Below, piece by piece: positions 36,572-49,551 of a stretch of 64,000 nucleotides of DNA. How positions within the stretch are numbered: position 1 is the stretch's first letter; every line of letters begins with the position of its first letter. Origin of the DNA: Squalus acanthias (Eukaryota); NCBI GenBank assembly GCA_030390025.1, contig CM059433.1, positions 28,708,001-28,772,000 on the forward strand, in the 5' to 3' direction. The notes beneath the pieces were generated by a model, which was given only the letters and a program-made list of their open reading frames with translations, was not told the origin of the DNA and made no database searches. The translations under genes were made by a program, and so were the position numbers.

Positions 36572-39492
36572 GGAACACAGAAACATAGGAACGGGAGTAG
36601 GCCATTGAGCCCCTCGAGCCTGTTCCTCCATTCAAAGAGCTCATGGCTGATCTGCGACCTAACTCCATATACCCACCTTTGGCCCATATCCCTTAATACC
36701 TTTGGCTAACAAAAATCTATCTATCTCCGATTTAAAATTAACAATTGATCCAGCATCAATTGCCATTTGTGGAAGAGAGTTCCAAACTTCGACCACCCTT
36801 TGTGTGGAGAAGTGTTTCCTAATTTCACTCCTGAAAGGCCTGGCTCTGATTTTTAGACTATGCCCCCAGTCCTAGACTCCCCAACCAGTGGAAATAGTTT
36901 CTCTCTATCTACCCTATCAGTTCCTCTTAATATCTTGAAAACTTTGATCAATTCATCCTTTAACCTTCTAAATTCAGGGAATACAGCCCTAGTTTGTGTA
37001 ATCTCTCCTCGTAATTTAAACCTTGAAGTCCGGGTATCATTCTGGTAAATCTACGCTGCACTCCCTTCAGGACCAATATATCCTTCCTAAGGTGTGGTGC
37101 CCAGAACTGCACACAGTATTCCAGGTGTTTTCTAACCAGGGTTAGAAACATAGAAAAATAGGAGCAGGAGTAGGCCATTCGGCCCTTCGAGCCTGCTCTG
37201 CCATTCAATATGATCATGGCTGATCCTCTATCTCAATACCATATTCCGCACTCTCCCCATACCCCTTGATGCTTTTTGTGTCTAAAAATCTATCTATCTC
37301 CTTCTTAAATATATTCAGTGACTTGGCCTCCACAGCCTTCTGTGGTAGAGAATTCCACAGGTTCACCACCCTCTGAGTGAAGAAATTTCTCCTCATCTCA
37401 GTCCTAAATGTCCTACCCTGTATCCTGAGACTGTGACCCCTCGTTCTAGACCCCCCAGCCAGGGGAAACATCCTCCCTGCATCCAGTCTGTCTAGCCCTG
37501 TCAGAATTTTATACGTTTCAATGAGATCCCCTCTCATTCTTCTAAACTCTAGAGAATACAGGCCTAGTCGACCCAATCTCACCTCATACGACAGTCCTGC
37601 CATCCCAGATATCAGTCTGGTGAACCTTCGCTGCACTCCCTCTATGGCAAGTATATCCTTTCTTAGGTAAAGAGACCAAAACTGCACACAGTACTCCAGG
37701 TGTGCTCTCACCAAGGCCCTGTACAACTGTAGTAAGACATCCTTGCTCCTGTACTCAAATCCTCTTGCAATGAAGGCCAACATATCATTTGCCTTCCTAA
37801 CTGCTTGCTGCACCTGCATGTTTGCTTTCAGTGACTGGTGTACAAGGACACCCAGGTCCCTTTGTACATCAGCATTTCCCAATCTATCACCATTTAAATA
37901 ATACTCTGCCTTTCTGTTTTTCCAACTGAAGTGGATAACTTCACATTTATTCACGTTATACTGCATCTGCCATGTATTTGCCCACTCACTCAACTTGTCT
38001 AAATCGCCTTGAAGCCTCTTTGCATCCTCCTCACAACTCACAATCCCACCTAGTTTCGTGTTGTCAGCAAACTTGGAAATATTACATTTGGTTCCCTCAT
38101 CCAAATCATTGATATATATTGTGAATAGCTGGGGCCCAAGCACTGATCCCTGCAGTACCCCACTAGTCACCGCCTGCCACCCCGAGGAAAGACCCGTTTA
38201 TTCCTACTCTCTGTTTCCTGTCTGTTAACCAATTTTCAATCCATGCCAGTGTATTACCCCCAATCCCATGTGCTTTAATTTTGCATACTAACCTCTTATG
38301 TCGGACTTTATCAAAGGCCTTCTGAAAATCCAAATACACCACATCTACTGGTTCTCCCTTATCTATTCTACCAGTTACATCCTCAAAAAACTCCAGTAGG
38401 TTTGTCAAACACGATTTCCCTTTCATAAATCCATGTTGACTTTGTCTAATCCCGTTGATATTTTCTAAGTGTCCTGTTATCACATCCTTTATAATAGACT
38501 CTAGCATTTTCCCTACTATTGATGTTAGGCTAACCGGTCTATAGTTCCCTGTTTTCTTTCTCCCTCCTTTTTTAAATAGTAGGGTTACATTTGCCACCCT
38601 CCAATCTGCAGGAACTGTTCCATAATCTATAGAATTTTGGAAGATGACAACCAATGCATCCACTATTTCCATGGCTACCTCTTTTAGTACTCTGGAATGC
38701 AGATTATCAGGCCCTGGAGATTTATCAGCTTTCAGTCCCATTAATTTCTCCAGCACTATTTTTGTACTAGTACTAATTTCCTTTAATTCCTCCTTCTCAC
38801 TAGACCCTTGGTTCCCTAGCATTTCTGGGAAGTTATTTGTGTCCTCTTCCGTGAAGACAGAACCAAAGTATTTGTTTAATTGCTCTGCCATTTCCTTGTT
38901 CCCCATTATAAATTCTCCCGTTTCTGACTGTAAGGGTCCTACATTTGTCATCACTAATCTTTTTACATACTTGTAGAAGCTTTTACAATCCGCTTTTATG
39001 TTTTGGGTTTTGTATAGCTGCAGCATAACTTCTACCCCCTTGTATTCTAGTCCTCTAGATATAAAGGCCAGCATTCCATTAGCCTTTTTGATTATTTTCT
39101 GTACCTATCCATGACATTTTAATGATCTATGTAGCTGCACCCTTAAGTCCCTTTAGACCTCCACTGTTTTTAGCTTTTCACTATTTTGAAATTACTCTGC
39201 TCTATCCTTTTTAGGTTCAAAGTGGATGACCTCACATTTGCCTACATTGAAATCCATTTGCCACAGTTTTGCCCATGCGCTGAATCTATTAATAACTCTT
39301 TGTAATTTTATGCTTCCATCTACACTGCTTACAATGCCGCCTATCTTTGTGTCATCGGCAACCTTGGATATGTGGCTTTCTCTCCCATCATCTAAGTCGT
39401 TAATAAATACAGTGTATAGTTGAGACCCAACACAGATCCCTGTGGGACGCCACTGGTCACATCCTGCCAATTAGAGTACCTGCCCATTATCC
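36572..39492 (-). mobile_element. CR1 LINE (36572-37143 and 39005-39492) split by a younger CR1
   Basis: RT-like ORFs 39192-39470 and 36960-37217; gggtt is repeated at both junctions. Confidence 0.85.
37144..39004 (-). mobile_element. Young 5'-truncated CR1 LINE; RT reading frame broken by one frameshift near 38185
   Basis: ORFs 38163-39074 and 37214-38170 cover the RT to the C-terminus. Nearly identical to 978-3596. Confidence 0.95.
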
Positions 39493-42400
39493 CTACAAAT
39501 TTACAAATCCATGTTGGCTCTCGCTGATCAGCTGAAAATTTTCAGCTACATGATCCATAGATGTTGGCAGTGTTGAGCCACATACCAAAACACTGAACAA
39601 GCTGGTAGTGGACTCCTCCAAACATAGGAACAGGAGGAGGCCACTCAGCCCCTCGAGCTGATATAGGTCTTCTATACTCAAGGGAATACAAGTCAAGTTT
39701 CTGCTTCTGTCCTCACAGTTTAACCCTTTTAGTCCTGGTATCATTCTGGCGAATCTGCCCCCTCCAAAGCCAATATATCTTTCCTGAGGTGCGGTGCCCA
39801 GAACTGAACGCAATACTCCAGAGGGGGTCTGACCAAGGCTCTGTACAACTGAAGCATCACTTCCTCTCCTTTGTAACCCAGCTCAATTGAGATTATTAGA
39901 ACTTGTCAGTCTTGAACTTTCTTTAGGGAGGGGGAAGCGAGGGGAAGTAGGTGGGGTGGTGGGGGGTAGGGGGGCTGGCGTGTGGAGGGATAGTGTGGCG
40001 GACTACAGCAGAAAACCTCAATTTTGATATAGTCCTTGTGGAATGAACGCCTCAGTTTTATAAGTTGCCAGTTATTCCTGTCAAATCCAACAATGGTTAA
40101 GCTACATCATGCAAGAAGGTGACGAGAAGTCTGATTAGTATGATTGGAGGCTGTGGGGTGGGTCCATATCAACTCCAATCAATGTACTGACAGCAGCACT
40201 GTTGACCAGAATAACGAGAGAAGGATAAGCATCATTGCATTTAAGGTAATTGGCAAAAGAACCAGAGGAGAATTTTTTTATGCAGGGAGTTGTTATGATC
40301 TGGAATGCACTGCCTGAAAGGGTGGTGGAAGCAGATTCAATAGTAACTTTCAAAAAGGAATTGGATAAATATTTGAAGGGGAAAAATTTGCAGGACTATG
40401 GGGAAAAGAACAGGGGAGTGGCACTAATTGGACAGCTCTTTCAAAGATCTGGCACAAGCACAATGGACCGAATGGCAGAGTAAACTTTACAAGGATAACT
40501 TGACAGTGATGGATTAACTAGCATTCTTTTTATTGAAAATGTAATGATCCATATTTGCCTGTACAATTTGGTCATTAATATAATTAACATTAATCACAAA
40601 TTAGCATCTACAGTACTTTTCTTTCCCTCAGCTTCCATTTAAGAGTCAAGAATAGCAAAATAAACAGTTAAAGGTGATGCTTAAGATGAGTAATAATAAA
40701 TCACTACAAATTGAATCTTGAGAAAGTCTTAATAGCTAGATGAATTTATTAAACTTGAGCACCTCTTAACATAAACGGTAATATTACCCACAACAGACAA
40801 CGGAATCAACTCACTCAAAATAAACACATTCAAAATCAAGCAAAGTAAGTTTTGAAATAACACATTAAATAAAGAGTCCTATAGTTATCCTTGTTTTTAA
40901 AGAATGGTTAATGTAATTCTGATTAACTTTCTTTTCCCCCTTACATTCGTTACCTGTGATTTGGTTTTTTTCTTTTAAAGAGGGAGTGCTGATATTATTG
41001 GGGAATTGGCAAGGAGCAACAGTGCAACGGAACTGAAGAAAGATAGAAAGAAAGACTTGCATTTATGTAGCGCCTTTCATGACCTCAGGATTCCCCAAAG
41101 CGCTTTACAGCCAATGAAGTACTTTGGAAGTGTCGTCACTGTTGTAATGTAGGGAAACACGGCAGCCAATTTGGACATAGCAAGATCCCACAAACAGCAA
41201 TGAGATCATGACCAGATAATCTGTTTCAGTCACGTTGAATGAGGGATAACTTTGGACCGGACATCGGGAAGCACTGCCCTGCTCTTCTTCAAATAGTGCC
41301 GTGGGATCTATTCACCTGAGGGGGCAGATGGGGCCTGGTCATGAATGCAAATCTTGAAGTTTAACCCTGTAAAGATGTGGGTAGCAATCACAAGCATTGA
41401 CAATGAATATCTTTTGGAAGCAGTAGCCTAGTGGTTATTATACTGGCCTAGCAAACCCAGCAACTTCTTGTATGTTTAAATAACTGGAACAAACTTCACT
41501 GTCCGCACTCTCACTGTTCACACTCCTGATTATCTGCCAGAACTTTCACAGCCTTGTGTGAGACAGTTGTCGCACTGCATAACTTCTTTTGTTATTTTCA
41601 TTTCATCTTTTCTCAGTGAATAAAATTACATCATATTCGGATTGTTATTTGCGCTGCGCTTGACTTTATTCCTGTGCTGAGTACACTGCTCAACATCACA
41701 AAATATTACAAAGTATTTACAGCACAGAAACCGGTCATTCGGCCCAACTGGTCTATGCCGGTGTTTATGCTCCACACGAGCCTCCTCCCACCCTACTTCG
41801 TCTCACCCTATCCGTATATCCTTCTATTCCTTTCTCCCTCATGTGCTTATCTAGCTTCCCTTTAAATGCATCAATGCTATTGGCCTCAACTACTCCCTGT
41901 GGTAGCGAGCTCCACATTCTCACCACTCTCTGGATAAAGAAGTTTCTCCTGAATTAAATGTTGGATTTATTAGTGACTATCTTATATTTACGGCCCCTAG
42001 TTCTGCTCTCACCCACAAGTGGAAACATCTTCTCTACGTCTACCCTATCAATCGGGAATGACCTCACTGCACTGGCTAGTGGACGAGTTACTGCGTTGTG
42101 AATACTGAACCTTGAGCCGTTACGCTCTACTGCGTACGGACTTTTAATGCATATTACACAATTGGATTTTCTCATACCTGGGTCAGATCCACATAAAAAA
42201 GCATGAAAAAATGAAACTGCTGTGAACGTTTGATCTAAGCTTGTAATACAACATTGTCTTTCCTTCCTTCCCTCTGTTTCCTGTCATACTTCATGAATCT
42301 ACTGAAATCCTTTGAGGAGGTAATTAAATCGGCGGATGAAAGTTATTCAGTGATGCACTTGGAATGTTAGAAGCCATTTGATGACATTCCATTTTACGAG

Positions 42401-42619
42401 GTTGATTAAGAAGATTTAAAGTACATGGAATTAATGGCAAATTAATTTGACTGAAAAAAGGCCCTGACTGGAGGAAAGTCATTGACGGAATTCTGCAAGG
42501 ATATGTTCTGGGTCTCTGCTCTTCATTCGCTTAATAAGTAATATGTAGGAGGGTGGTCTCGAACCATTATGAAACTTGCTGACGACAGTAAGCTTTTATG
42601 GTCAGGTAAGAGCTGTTAT

Positions 42620-43975
42620 ATTTTTTACTCATTCACGGGATGTGCGCATCACTGGCAAGGCCAGCATTTATTGCCCATCCTTAATTGCCCTTGAGAAGGT
42701 GGTGGTGGGCCGCTTTCGTGAACCTCTGCAGTCCATGAGGTGAAGGTACTCCCACATTGCTGTTAGGAAGGAAGTTCCAGGATTTTGACCCAGCGACGAT
42801 GAAGGATCGGCGATATACTTCTGAGTCAGGATGGTGTGTGACTTGAAGTGGAACTTGGAGATGATGGTGTTCCCATGCGCCTGCTGCCCTTGTCCTTCTA
42901 GGTGGTAGTGATCACGGGCTAAAAATTGAGTAGCGCCCCATTTGGCGCGGTAACTTCGCCGGGGTGCTACTTTTAGCACCCCGGAAAAATTAGCACCCCC
43001 ACACCGGAACTTGAGCGGTTGCGCCCCAGAGGGAAGTGGGGTGCTGCTGGAAGCGTCTCGCATCCCTCTTGGGGCGCTGCGAGTCAATATCGTGGCGCTA
43101 CGTCGTCGCTCTGCGGTACTGCAGGCCTTCCTCCCCTTCTTAAAGGGGAGGGGCCTTGCGCAGCATGATCCAAGGCCCAGCTGGGCCCCCGGAGATCGGG
43201 AGTGCCGGCAAAAGAGCCCGGCACTCAAGAGAAGAGCCGGGCTCTTGGAGCGCAGCCGGCACTCCGTGAGGGGGGGTTCGTTCAGGAGGCCGGGGACGGG
43301 AGCGCAGGCAGGTGCTGGCAGGTGGCCAGCAACATAAATGGCCGCCCCGCACCGCGCCTTAAAATTGCGCCTCCCCAGCCGCAGGTAGGCCCCCCTGACC
43401 CCGTCGGACATAGCGTCCGGTGGTAAGTCAGGGGGTGCTACCGAAGATCGCAGCCGGGGCGCTGTGCACGGCGATGACGTCATCGCTGGCGGCGCAGCAC
43501 TGCGGGGCGCTACCGGCTAGTGCCGCCGCTAACCTCCTGCTGAATTTCGCGGGAGGTGTGGGCGGCGCTGCGCCCGGGCGCAAGTTGCTTTGCGCCTCCC
43601 GTTAGCGCCCTCTTAGGGCGCTAACCGGAGGTGCAAAGCAACCCAATTTTTCCCCCCATGGGTTTGGGAGGTGCTGTCGAAGAAGCCTTGGTGAGTTGCT
43701 GCAGTGCATCTTGTCGATGGTACACACTGCAGCCACAGTGCGCCGGTGGTGGAGGGAGTGAATGTTTAAGGTGGTGGATGTGGTGCCCATCAAGCGGGCT
43801 GCTTTGTTCTGGATGGTGTCGAGCTTCTTGCGTGTTTTTGGAGCTGCACTCATCCAGGCAAGTGGAGAGTATTCCATCACACTCCTGACTTGGTGGAAAG
43901 GCTTTGGGGAGTCAGGAGGTGAGACACTCACCATAGAATACCCAGCCTCTGACCTGTAGCCACAGCATTTATTTA
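42620..43975 (-). mobile_element. LINE 3' fragment (family of 47215-48170) split by a MITE
   Basis: ORF 43602-44042 contains QVRSVMEYSPLAWMSAAP; tail gcatttattgcccatcc. Confidence 0.8.
42916..43656. mobile_element. GC-rich Harbinger-type MITE
   Basis: TIRs gggctaaaaattg / caatttttccccc, flanks CAC/CAT; colinear with 49605-50365. Confidence 0.88.
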
Positions 43976-45293
43976 TTTGAATGCATTCAAACAGATATGG
44001 CCAAGTAAGTTTTATATTCGTGGGTGATGCTGGCAAGACCACATTTATTGCTCACCCCTAATTGCCTTGAGAAGGTACTGGTGGGCCTCCTTTCATAGCG
44101 ATTGATTTACAATTGAGTGGCTGCACGGACACTTCAGAGGGTATTGCTACGTGCTGCCGGACAGGAATCAAGTACAGGCCAGACCGGGTAGGGGTGGCAG
44201 CTTCTCTTACCAGAAGGACAATAGCGAACAGATTCAGTTTTTACAACAATCTGGTAGGGCCTAGACGGTTGAAGGCATGGCCGCCAATGGTAGGGTAAAG
44301 GGAGTGGGGGATGCACAAGAGGCCAGAATTGGAGGAGCGCAGAGATCTCGGAGGGTAGTAGGTCTGGAGAAGGTTACAGAGATAAGGAGGGGTGAGACCA
44401 TGGAGGGTTTTGAACAGTATGTAAGGATGTAAACTTTAAATTTGAGGCATTACCGGATTGGGAGCCACTGTCGGTCAACGAGCACAGCGGGTGATGGGTG
44501 AATGGCACTGGTACGAATCAGGATATGGACAGCAGAGTTTTGGACGATGGTGAGTTTATGGAGGGTGGAAGATGGAAGGCCAGCCAGGAGGGTGTCGGAA
44601 TACAAAGGATTTTAATGTGGATAAATGCACAATTTTGCACTCTGGAACAGGAGACCTGAAACACATGCACACAATGAATGAATGGACTGGTTAACTGTAA
44701 GATTTTCCAAAACCCAATCCCACAGGGATAAATCATACTCCTAAAGGGATACATCATAGTTCCACAGATATACATGAACAGGTGCATTCTCTTTGCAGGG
44801 TGCATATCACTTGTGTTTTTCTTTAAACATGCATAATTAATGATCCAGGATTGGCTCAACCAACCTGCTGTTTGTAACAAAAAATGAATAAGGACACACA
44901 TCAAATTATAAGAGTAAGATCTGGGGATGTTAAATAGAAAGTACCATGCAGTACCCACTGGCCATGGGAGGCATCCACTGAGTCAGCAGACACCGAATGC
45001 TGGTGTTCAAAGGGTCAGCCTTGGCTCAATGGGTATCACTCTTGCTTCTGAGTCAGAAAGCTGTGGGTTTAAGCCCCACTCCAGAAACATGAGCACATAA
45101 TCCAGGCTGACATGCCAGTGCAGTGCTGTTGGAGGCGTGTGACGTCTTTCGGATGAGACTTTAAACCGAGGCCCTGTCTGCTCTCTCAGGTGGACAGAAT
45201 AGATCCCACAGCACTATTCGAAGAAGAGCAGAGGGACTTCTCCCCAGTGTCCCAGACAATATTTATCCCTCAACCAACATCACTAAAAACAGA

Positions 45294-45519
45294 AATAACA
45301 ACAGAAAAAGCTGGAAAAACTCAGCAGGCCAGGCAACATCCGTGGAGAGAGAAACAGAGTTAACGTATCAGGTCGAAGACCCGAGTTCTGACGAAGGGTC
45401 TTCGACCTGAAACGTTAACTCTGTTTCTCTCTCCACAGATGTTGCCTGGCCTGCTGAGTTTTTCCAGCGTTTTCTGTTGTTATTTCAGTTTTCCAGCATC
45501 CGCAGTATTTTGCTATTGT
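45294..45519. mobile_element. Penelope-like fold-back insertion, family A
   Basis: Near-perfect ~90-bp inverted arms; TSD atcactaaaaac(a/g)ga (45279-45293, 45520-45534). Confidence 0.85.
45383..45421 (+). ncRNA. Minimal type I hammerhead ribozyme motif
   Basis: GAGUU-CUGACGA-A-GGGUC(UUC)GACCU-GAAA-CG-UU-AACUC, with a 5-bp stem I. Confidence 0.65.
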
Positions 45520-45844
45520 ATCACTAAAAACGGATTATCTGGTCATTATTCCACTGCTGTTTGTGGGAGCTTGCTGTGCACAAAGTTTCCTACACTGCAA
45601 CAGTGACTACTTAATTGGCTGTAAAGTGCTTTGAGACGTCCTGAAGTCGTGAAAGGTGCGCTATAAATTCAAGTCTTTCTTTTTCTATCCAAGTGTGAAC
45701 TAAGCTTGAAACCTTGGAAAGCAGTCAGAGGAACCAGTCTCTGTGTTCTTACACATCTTGGACTTGTGCTTGGTGGATTTAGTTAGTTGGGACACAGATA
45801 AGCTGGATTGCCACCTGAGGTGGGTGGGGGCAGGACTTCCCCTA

Positions 45845-46588
45845 GGATAGAACAGGGTACTTTCTAAATGGTGAAAAGCTAAAAACAGTGGAGGTCCAAA
45901 GAGACTTGGGGGTCCAGGTACATAGATCATTAAAATGTCAGGAACAGGTACAGAAAATAATCAAAAAGGATAATGGAATGCTGGCATTTATATCGAGAGG
46001 ACTAGAATACAAGGGGGTAGAAGACATGCTGCAGCTACACCTGGAGCACTGTGAGTAGTTCTGGGCACCACACCTTAGGAAGGATATATTGGCCTTGGAG
46101 GGAGTGCAGCATAGGTTTACCAGAATGATACTCGGACTTCAAGGAATTAAATTACGAGGAGAGATTAAACAAATTAGGGTTGTATTCCCTAGAATTTGGA
46201 AGGTTAAGGGGTGATCTGATTGAAGTTTTCAAGATATTAAGGGGAACAGATAGGGTAGATAGAGAGAAACTATTTCTGCTGGTTGGGGATTCTAGGACTA
46301 GGGGGCATAGTCTAAAAATTAGAGCCAGACCTTTCAGGAGTGAAATTAGGAAACACTTCTACACACAAAGGGTGGGAGAAGTTTGGAACTCTCTTCCGCA
46401 AACGACGATTGATGCTAGGTCAATTGTTAATTTTAAATCTGAGATTGATAGATTTTTGTTAACTAAAGGTATTAAGGGATATAGGGGAAAGACGGCCATA
46501 TGGAGTTAGGTCGCAGATCAGCCATGATCTCACTGAATGGCAGAACAGGCTCAAGGGGCTGAATGGACTACTCCTGTTCCTATGTTCC
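45845..46588 (+). mobile_element. CR1 3' fragment
   Basis: ORF 46180-46509 encodes the CR1 C-terminus; tail ctcctgttcctatgttcc. Confidence 0.88.
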
Positions 46589-46772
46589 CGGGCCCCGCCT
46601 CTCACTCAAATGCGATGGGGCAGTCAGGCAGCTGTATTACCTGCTTGGTAGCGGTTGAAGGAATATTCCCAACAGTGCTCTGAGGGGTGGACAACCAGGG
46701 GGCAGGCTTCCCGGGCCTGTTTCACTTCTTTATTTCACTGCTGACCTGCTCACTTTCCAAATCCAGTCCATT

Positions 46773-47135
46773 GAATGGGTCCTAATTCTAGTTGGTCAAT
46801 CGAGCCCAATGAATGGGTCTAATTCTAGTTGGTCAATCGAGCCCAATGAATGGGTCTAATTCTAGTTGGTCAATCGAGCCCAATGAATGGGTCCTAATTC
46901 TAGTTGGTCAATCGAGCCCAATGAATGGGTCTAATTCTAGTTGGTCAATCGAGCCCAATGAATGGGTCCTAATTCTAGTTGGTCAATCGAGCCCAATGAA
47001 TGGGTCTAATTCTAGTTGGTCAATCGAGCCCAATGAATGGGTCCTAATTCTAGTTGGTCAATCGAGCCCAATGAATGGGTCCTAATTCTAGTTGGTCAAT
47101 CGAGCCCAATGAATGGGTCTAATTCTAGTTGGTCA
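46773..47135. repeat. Minisatellite, 37/38-bp unit gaatgggtc(c)taattctagttggtcaatcgagcccaat, about 9.7 copies
   Basis: Head-to-tail units that differ only by one C; no spacers. Confidence 0.97.
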
Positions 47136-47214
47136 GTAAATTGTGTGACTGAGTGAAAAAAATTAACTGGAAAAAAACGAAGCAGAGAGCGCATTGCCAA
47201 ATTATATAGATTAT

Positions 47215-48170
47215 ATTTTATGCTTCATCAATGACCTTCCCTCCATCATAAGGTCAGAAGTGGGGATGTTCACTGATGACTGCACAGTGTTCAGTGCCAT
47301 TCGCAACTCCTCAGATAATGAAGCAGTCCATGCCCGCATGCAGCAAGACCTTGACGACGTTCAGGCTTGGGCTGATAAGTGGCAGGTAACATTCGCACCA
47401 CACAAGTGCCAGGCAATGACTATCTCCAACAAGCGAGCGTCTAACCACCGCCCCTTGACATTCAATGGCATTACCATTGCCGAATCCCCCACCATCAACA
47501 TCCTGGGGGTCACCAACGACCAGAGACTTAACTGGACCAGCCACATAAATACTGTGGCAACAAGAGCAGGTCAGAGGCTGGGTATTCTGTGGCGAGTGTC
47601 TCACCTCCTGACTCCCCAAAGCCTTTCCACCATCTACAAGGCACAAGTCAGGAGTGTGATGGAATACTCTCCACTTGCCTGGATGAGTACAGCTCCAACA
47701 ACACTCAAGAAGCTTGACACCATTCAAGACAAAGCAGCCTGCTTGATTGGCACCCCATCCACCACCTTAAACATCCACTCCCTCCACCACCGGCGTACCG
47801 TCTGCAGTGTGTACCATCTTCAAGATGCACTGCAGCAATTCGCCAAGGCTTCTTCGGTAGCACCTCCCAAACCCACGACCTCTACCACCTAGAAGGACAA
47901 GGGCTGCTGGTGCATGGGAACACTACCACCTCCAAGTTCCCCTCCAAGTCACACACCATCCTGACTTGGAAGTATATCGCTGTTCCTTCATCATCTCTGG
48001 GTCAAAATCCTGGAACTCCCTCCCTAACAGCACTGTGGGAGCACCTTCACCACACGGACTGCAGCGGTTCAAGAAGGCAGCTCACCACCACCTTCTCAAG
48101 GGCAATTAGGGATGGGCAATAAATGCTGGCCTTGCCAGCGACGCCCACATCCCATGAACTAATAAAAAAA
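47215..48170 (+). mobile_element. 5'-truncated LINE (CR1/L2 group, distinct family) RT C-terminus and tail
   Basis: ORF 47194-47892 FINDLP...MFTDDCT...QQDLDDVQAWADKWQVTF...YKAQVRSVMEYSPLAW; tail gggcaataaatgctggccttgccagcgacgcccacatcccatgaa. Confidence 0.9.
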
Positions 48171-48361
48171 ATATTTTATGTGCCATGAAATCTGTAGCAT
48201 GATTTCCTTTTCTGCCAGTCACAGTAAAGCAATATTGTTATAACTATAAGGGAAGTCTGAGCAGGCTGGGGCTCTTTTCTCTTGAAAAGAGAAGGCTGAG
48301 AGGTGACCTAAAAAGTCTTTAACATTTTGAAAGGGTTTGATAGGATAGACGTAGAGAAGAT

Positions 48362-49094
48362 GGGCTCGATTTTGTCATTGGGGTGGGCTGGGTCGTGTCA
48401 TCCGCTTTTTGTGTTAGCCACCCGACTCCAATTGGATGTGGGAGAATCATTCGATTTTCCCCTAATTAGGCAATTGAGTTCCAGCATGTGGGAACCCATG
48501 ACCCAATTAGTTTTTTCAGTCTGAAAGTCGCCTCTGATGATGTCATCATTGCTGCTGCATTTAAGGTCTGCAAACACTGGGAAGCTTTTGGCCTTTGCTG
48601 TGAGAGGGACCTGGAGGCAAAATGAGCAGCAGGAGGCCTAACTCTACTCCCAGATTTTTTTTGTACCACCACCACCACTCCAGGCTCCAAAGTTCCACAA
48701 CAATGGTTATGACTGCTAAAAGTTCCCCCAGAATGATGATTGATCAAATCTCCTTCTTAATGGTGGACCTGCAGTTGATAGTCAGCAATCCAAGTGTGCT
48801 ACCGCCAGGTTTCACTGTCGTGTTTCAGAGGAGGCGTGCATCACGTCGGAAAAGTGTTAAAATCAGAAAGGCCTCTCAAATGGGATTATAGAGGCAAGTA
48901 AGTGGTTGTTAAGGGCCTTAAGGGCCTATCCCGCCTCTTGGAGGAGGGATGGAGATGGGATCAGAAACCACGCATTTGGGAAAATTGCTCGGAGGCGGGA
49001 TGGAGGCGGGGTCGGGCCCGCCCGCCATTTTTTGCAATTTTAACACCCCACACGCCTCCATTCCCGCCTCCTCGGGCCTGGCAAAATCGAGCCC
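48362..49094. mobile_element. Internally deleted non-autonomous relative of the 5049-9305 Harbinger (opposite orientation), inserted in a CR1 fragment (48240-49412)
   Basis: TIRs gggctcgattttg / caaaatcgagccc, exact TSD GAT. Both arms align to the ends of 5049-9305, and it retains the Myb start MSSRRPNSTPRF. Confidence 0.9.
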
Positions 49095-49551
49095 GATGTT
49101 TCTGTTTGTGGGGAGTCTGAAACTGGGGCCATAAATATAAGATAGTCACTAATAAATCTGATAAGGAATTCAGGAGAAACTTCTTTACCCAGAGAGTGGT
49201 TAGAATGTGGATCTTGCTACCACAAGGAGTAGTTGAGGCGAATAGCAGAGATGAATTTAAGGGGAAACTAGATAAACACATGAGAGAGAAAGGAATAGAA
49301 GGATATGCTGATACGGTTAGATGAAGTAGAGTGGGAGGAGGCTCGTGTGGAGCATAAACACCAGTTGGGCCGAATGGCCTGTTTCTGTTTTGTAAATTCT
49401 ATGTAATTCTATCTTTAAATCTGCATTTTTCCTTTTTCGATTCCTGTTTTTTCACCTTATTCATTCTACATACAGTTCCTTTCCTCTGAAGTATAAGTGC
49501 AGTTTATCTTAATGAATCAAGATATTCATTAAGGTCTTCATTATGATCTTT

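Larger units (their letters stand above)
45011..45682 (+). mobile_element. Full-length Deu-domain SINE interrupted by a Penelope-like insertion
   Basis: A box TGGCTCAATGG, B box GGTTTAAGCC, Deu core, tail aaattcaagtctttct. Confidence 0.85.

Noticed and set aside
42668..43483. Long GC-rich ORFs in MITEs (also 17280-17729, 49639-50296)
   Set aside because: Stop-poor GC-rich sequence; the frames are not conserved between copies and no domain is recognisable.
45011..45085. tRNA gene
   Set aside because: The A/B boxes belong to a SINE head that continues into the Deu domain; no complete cloverleaf or terminator.
46773..47135. CRISPR-like array (37-38-bp repeats)
   Set aside because: Units are contiguous with no unique spacers, there are no cas genes, and the context is eukaryotic.
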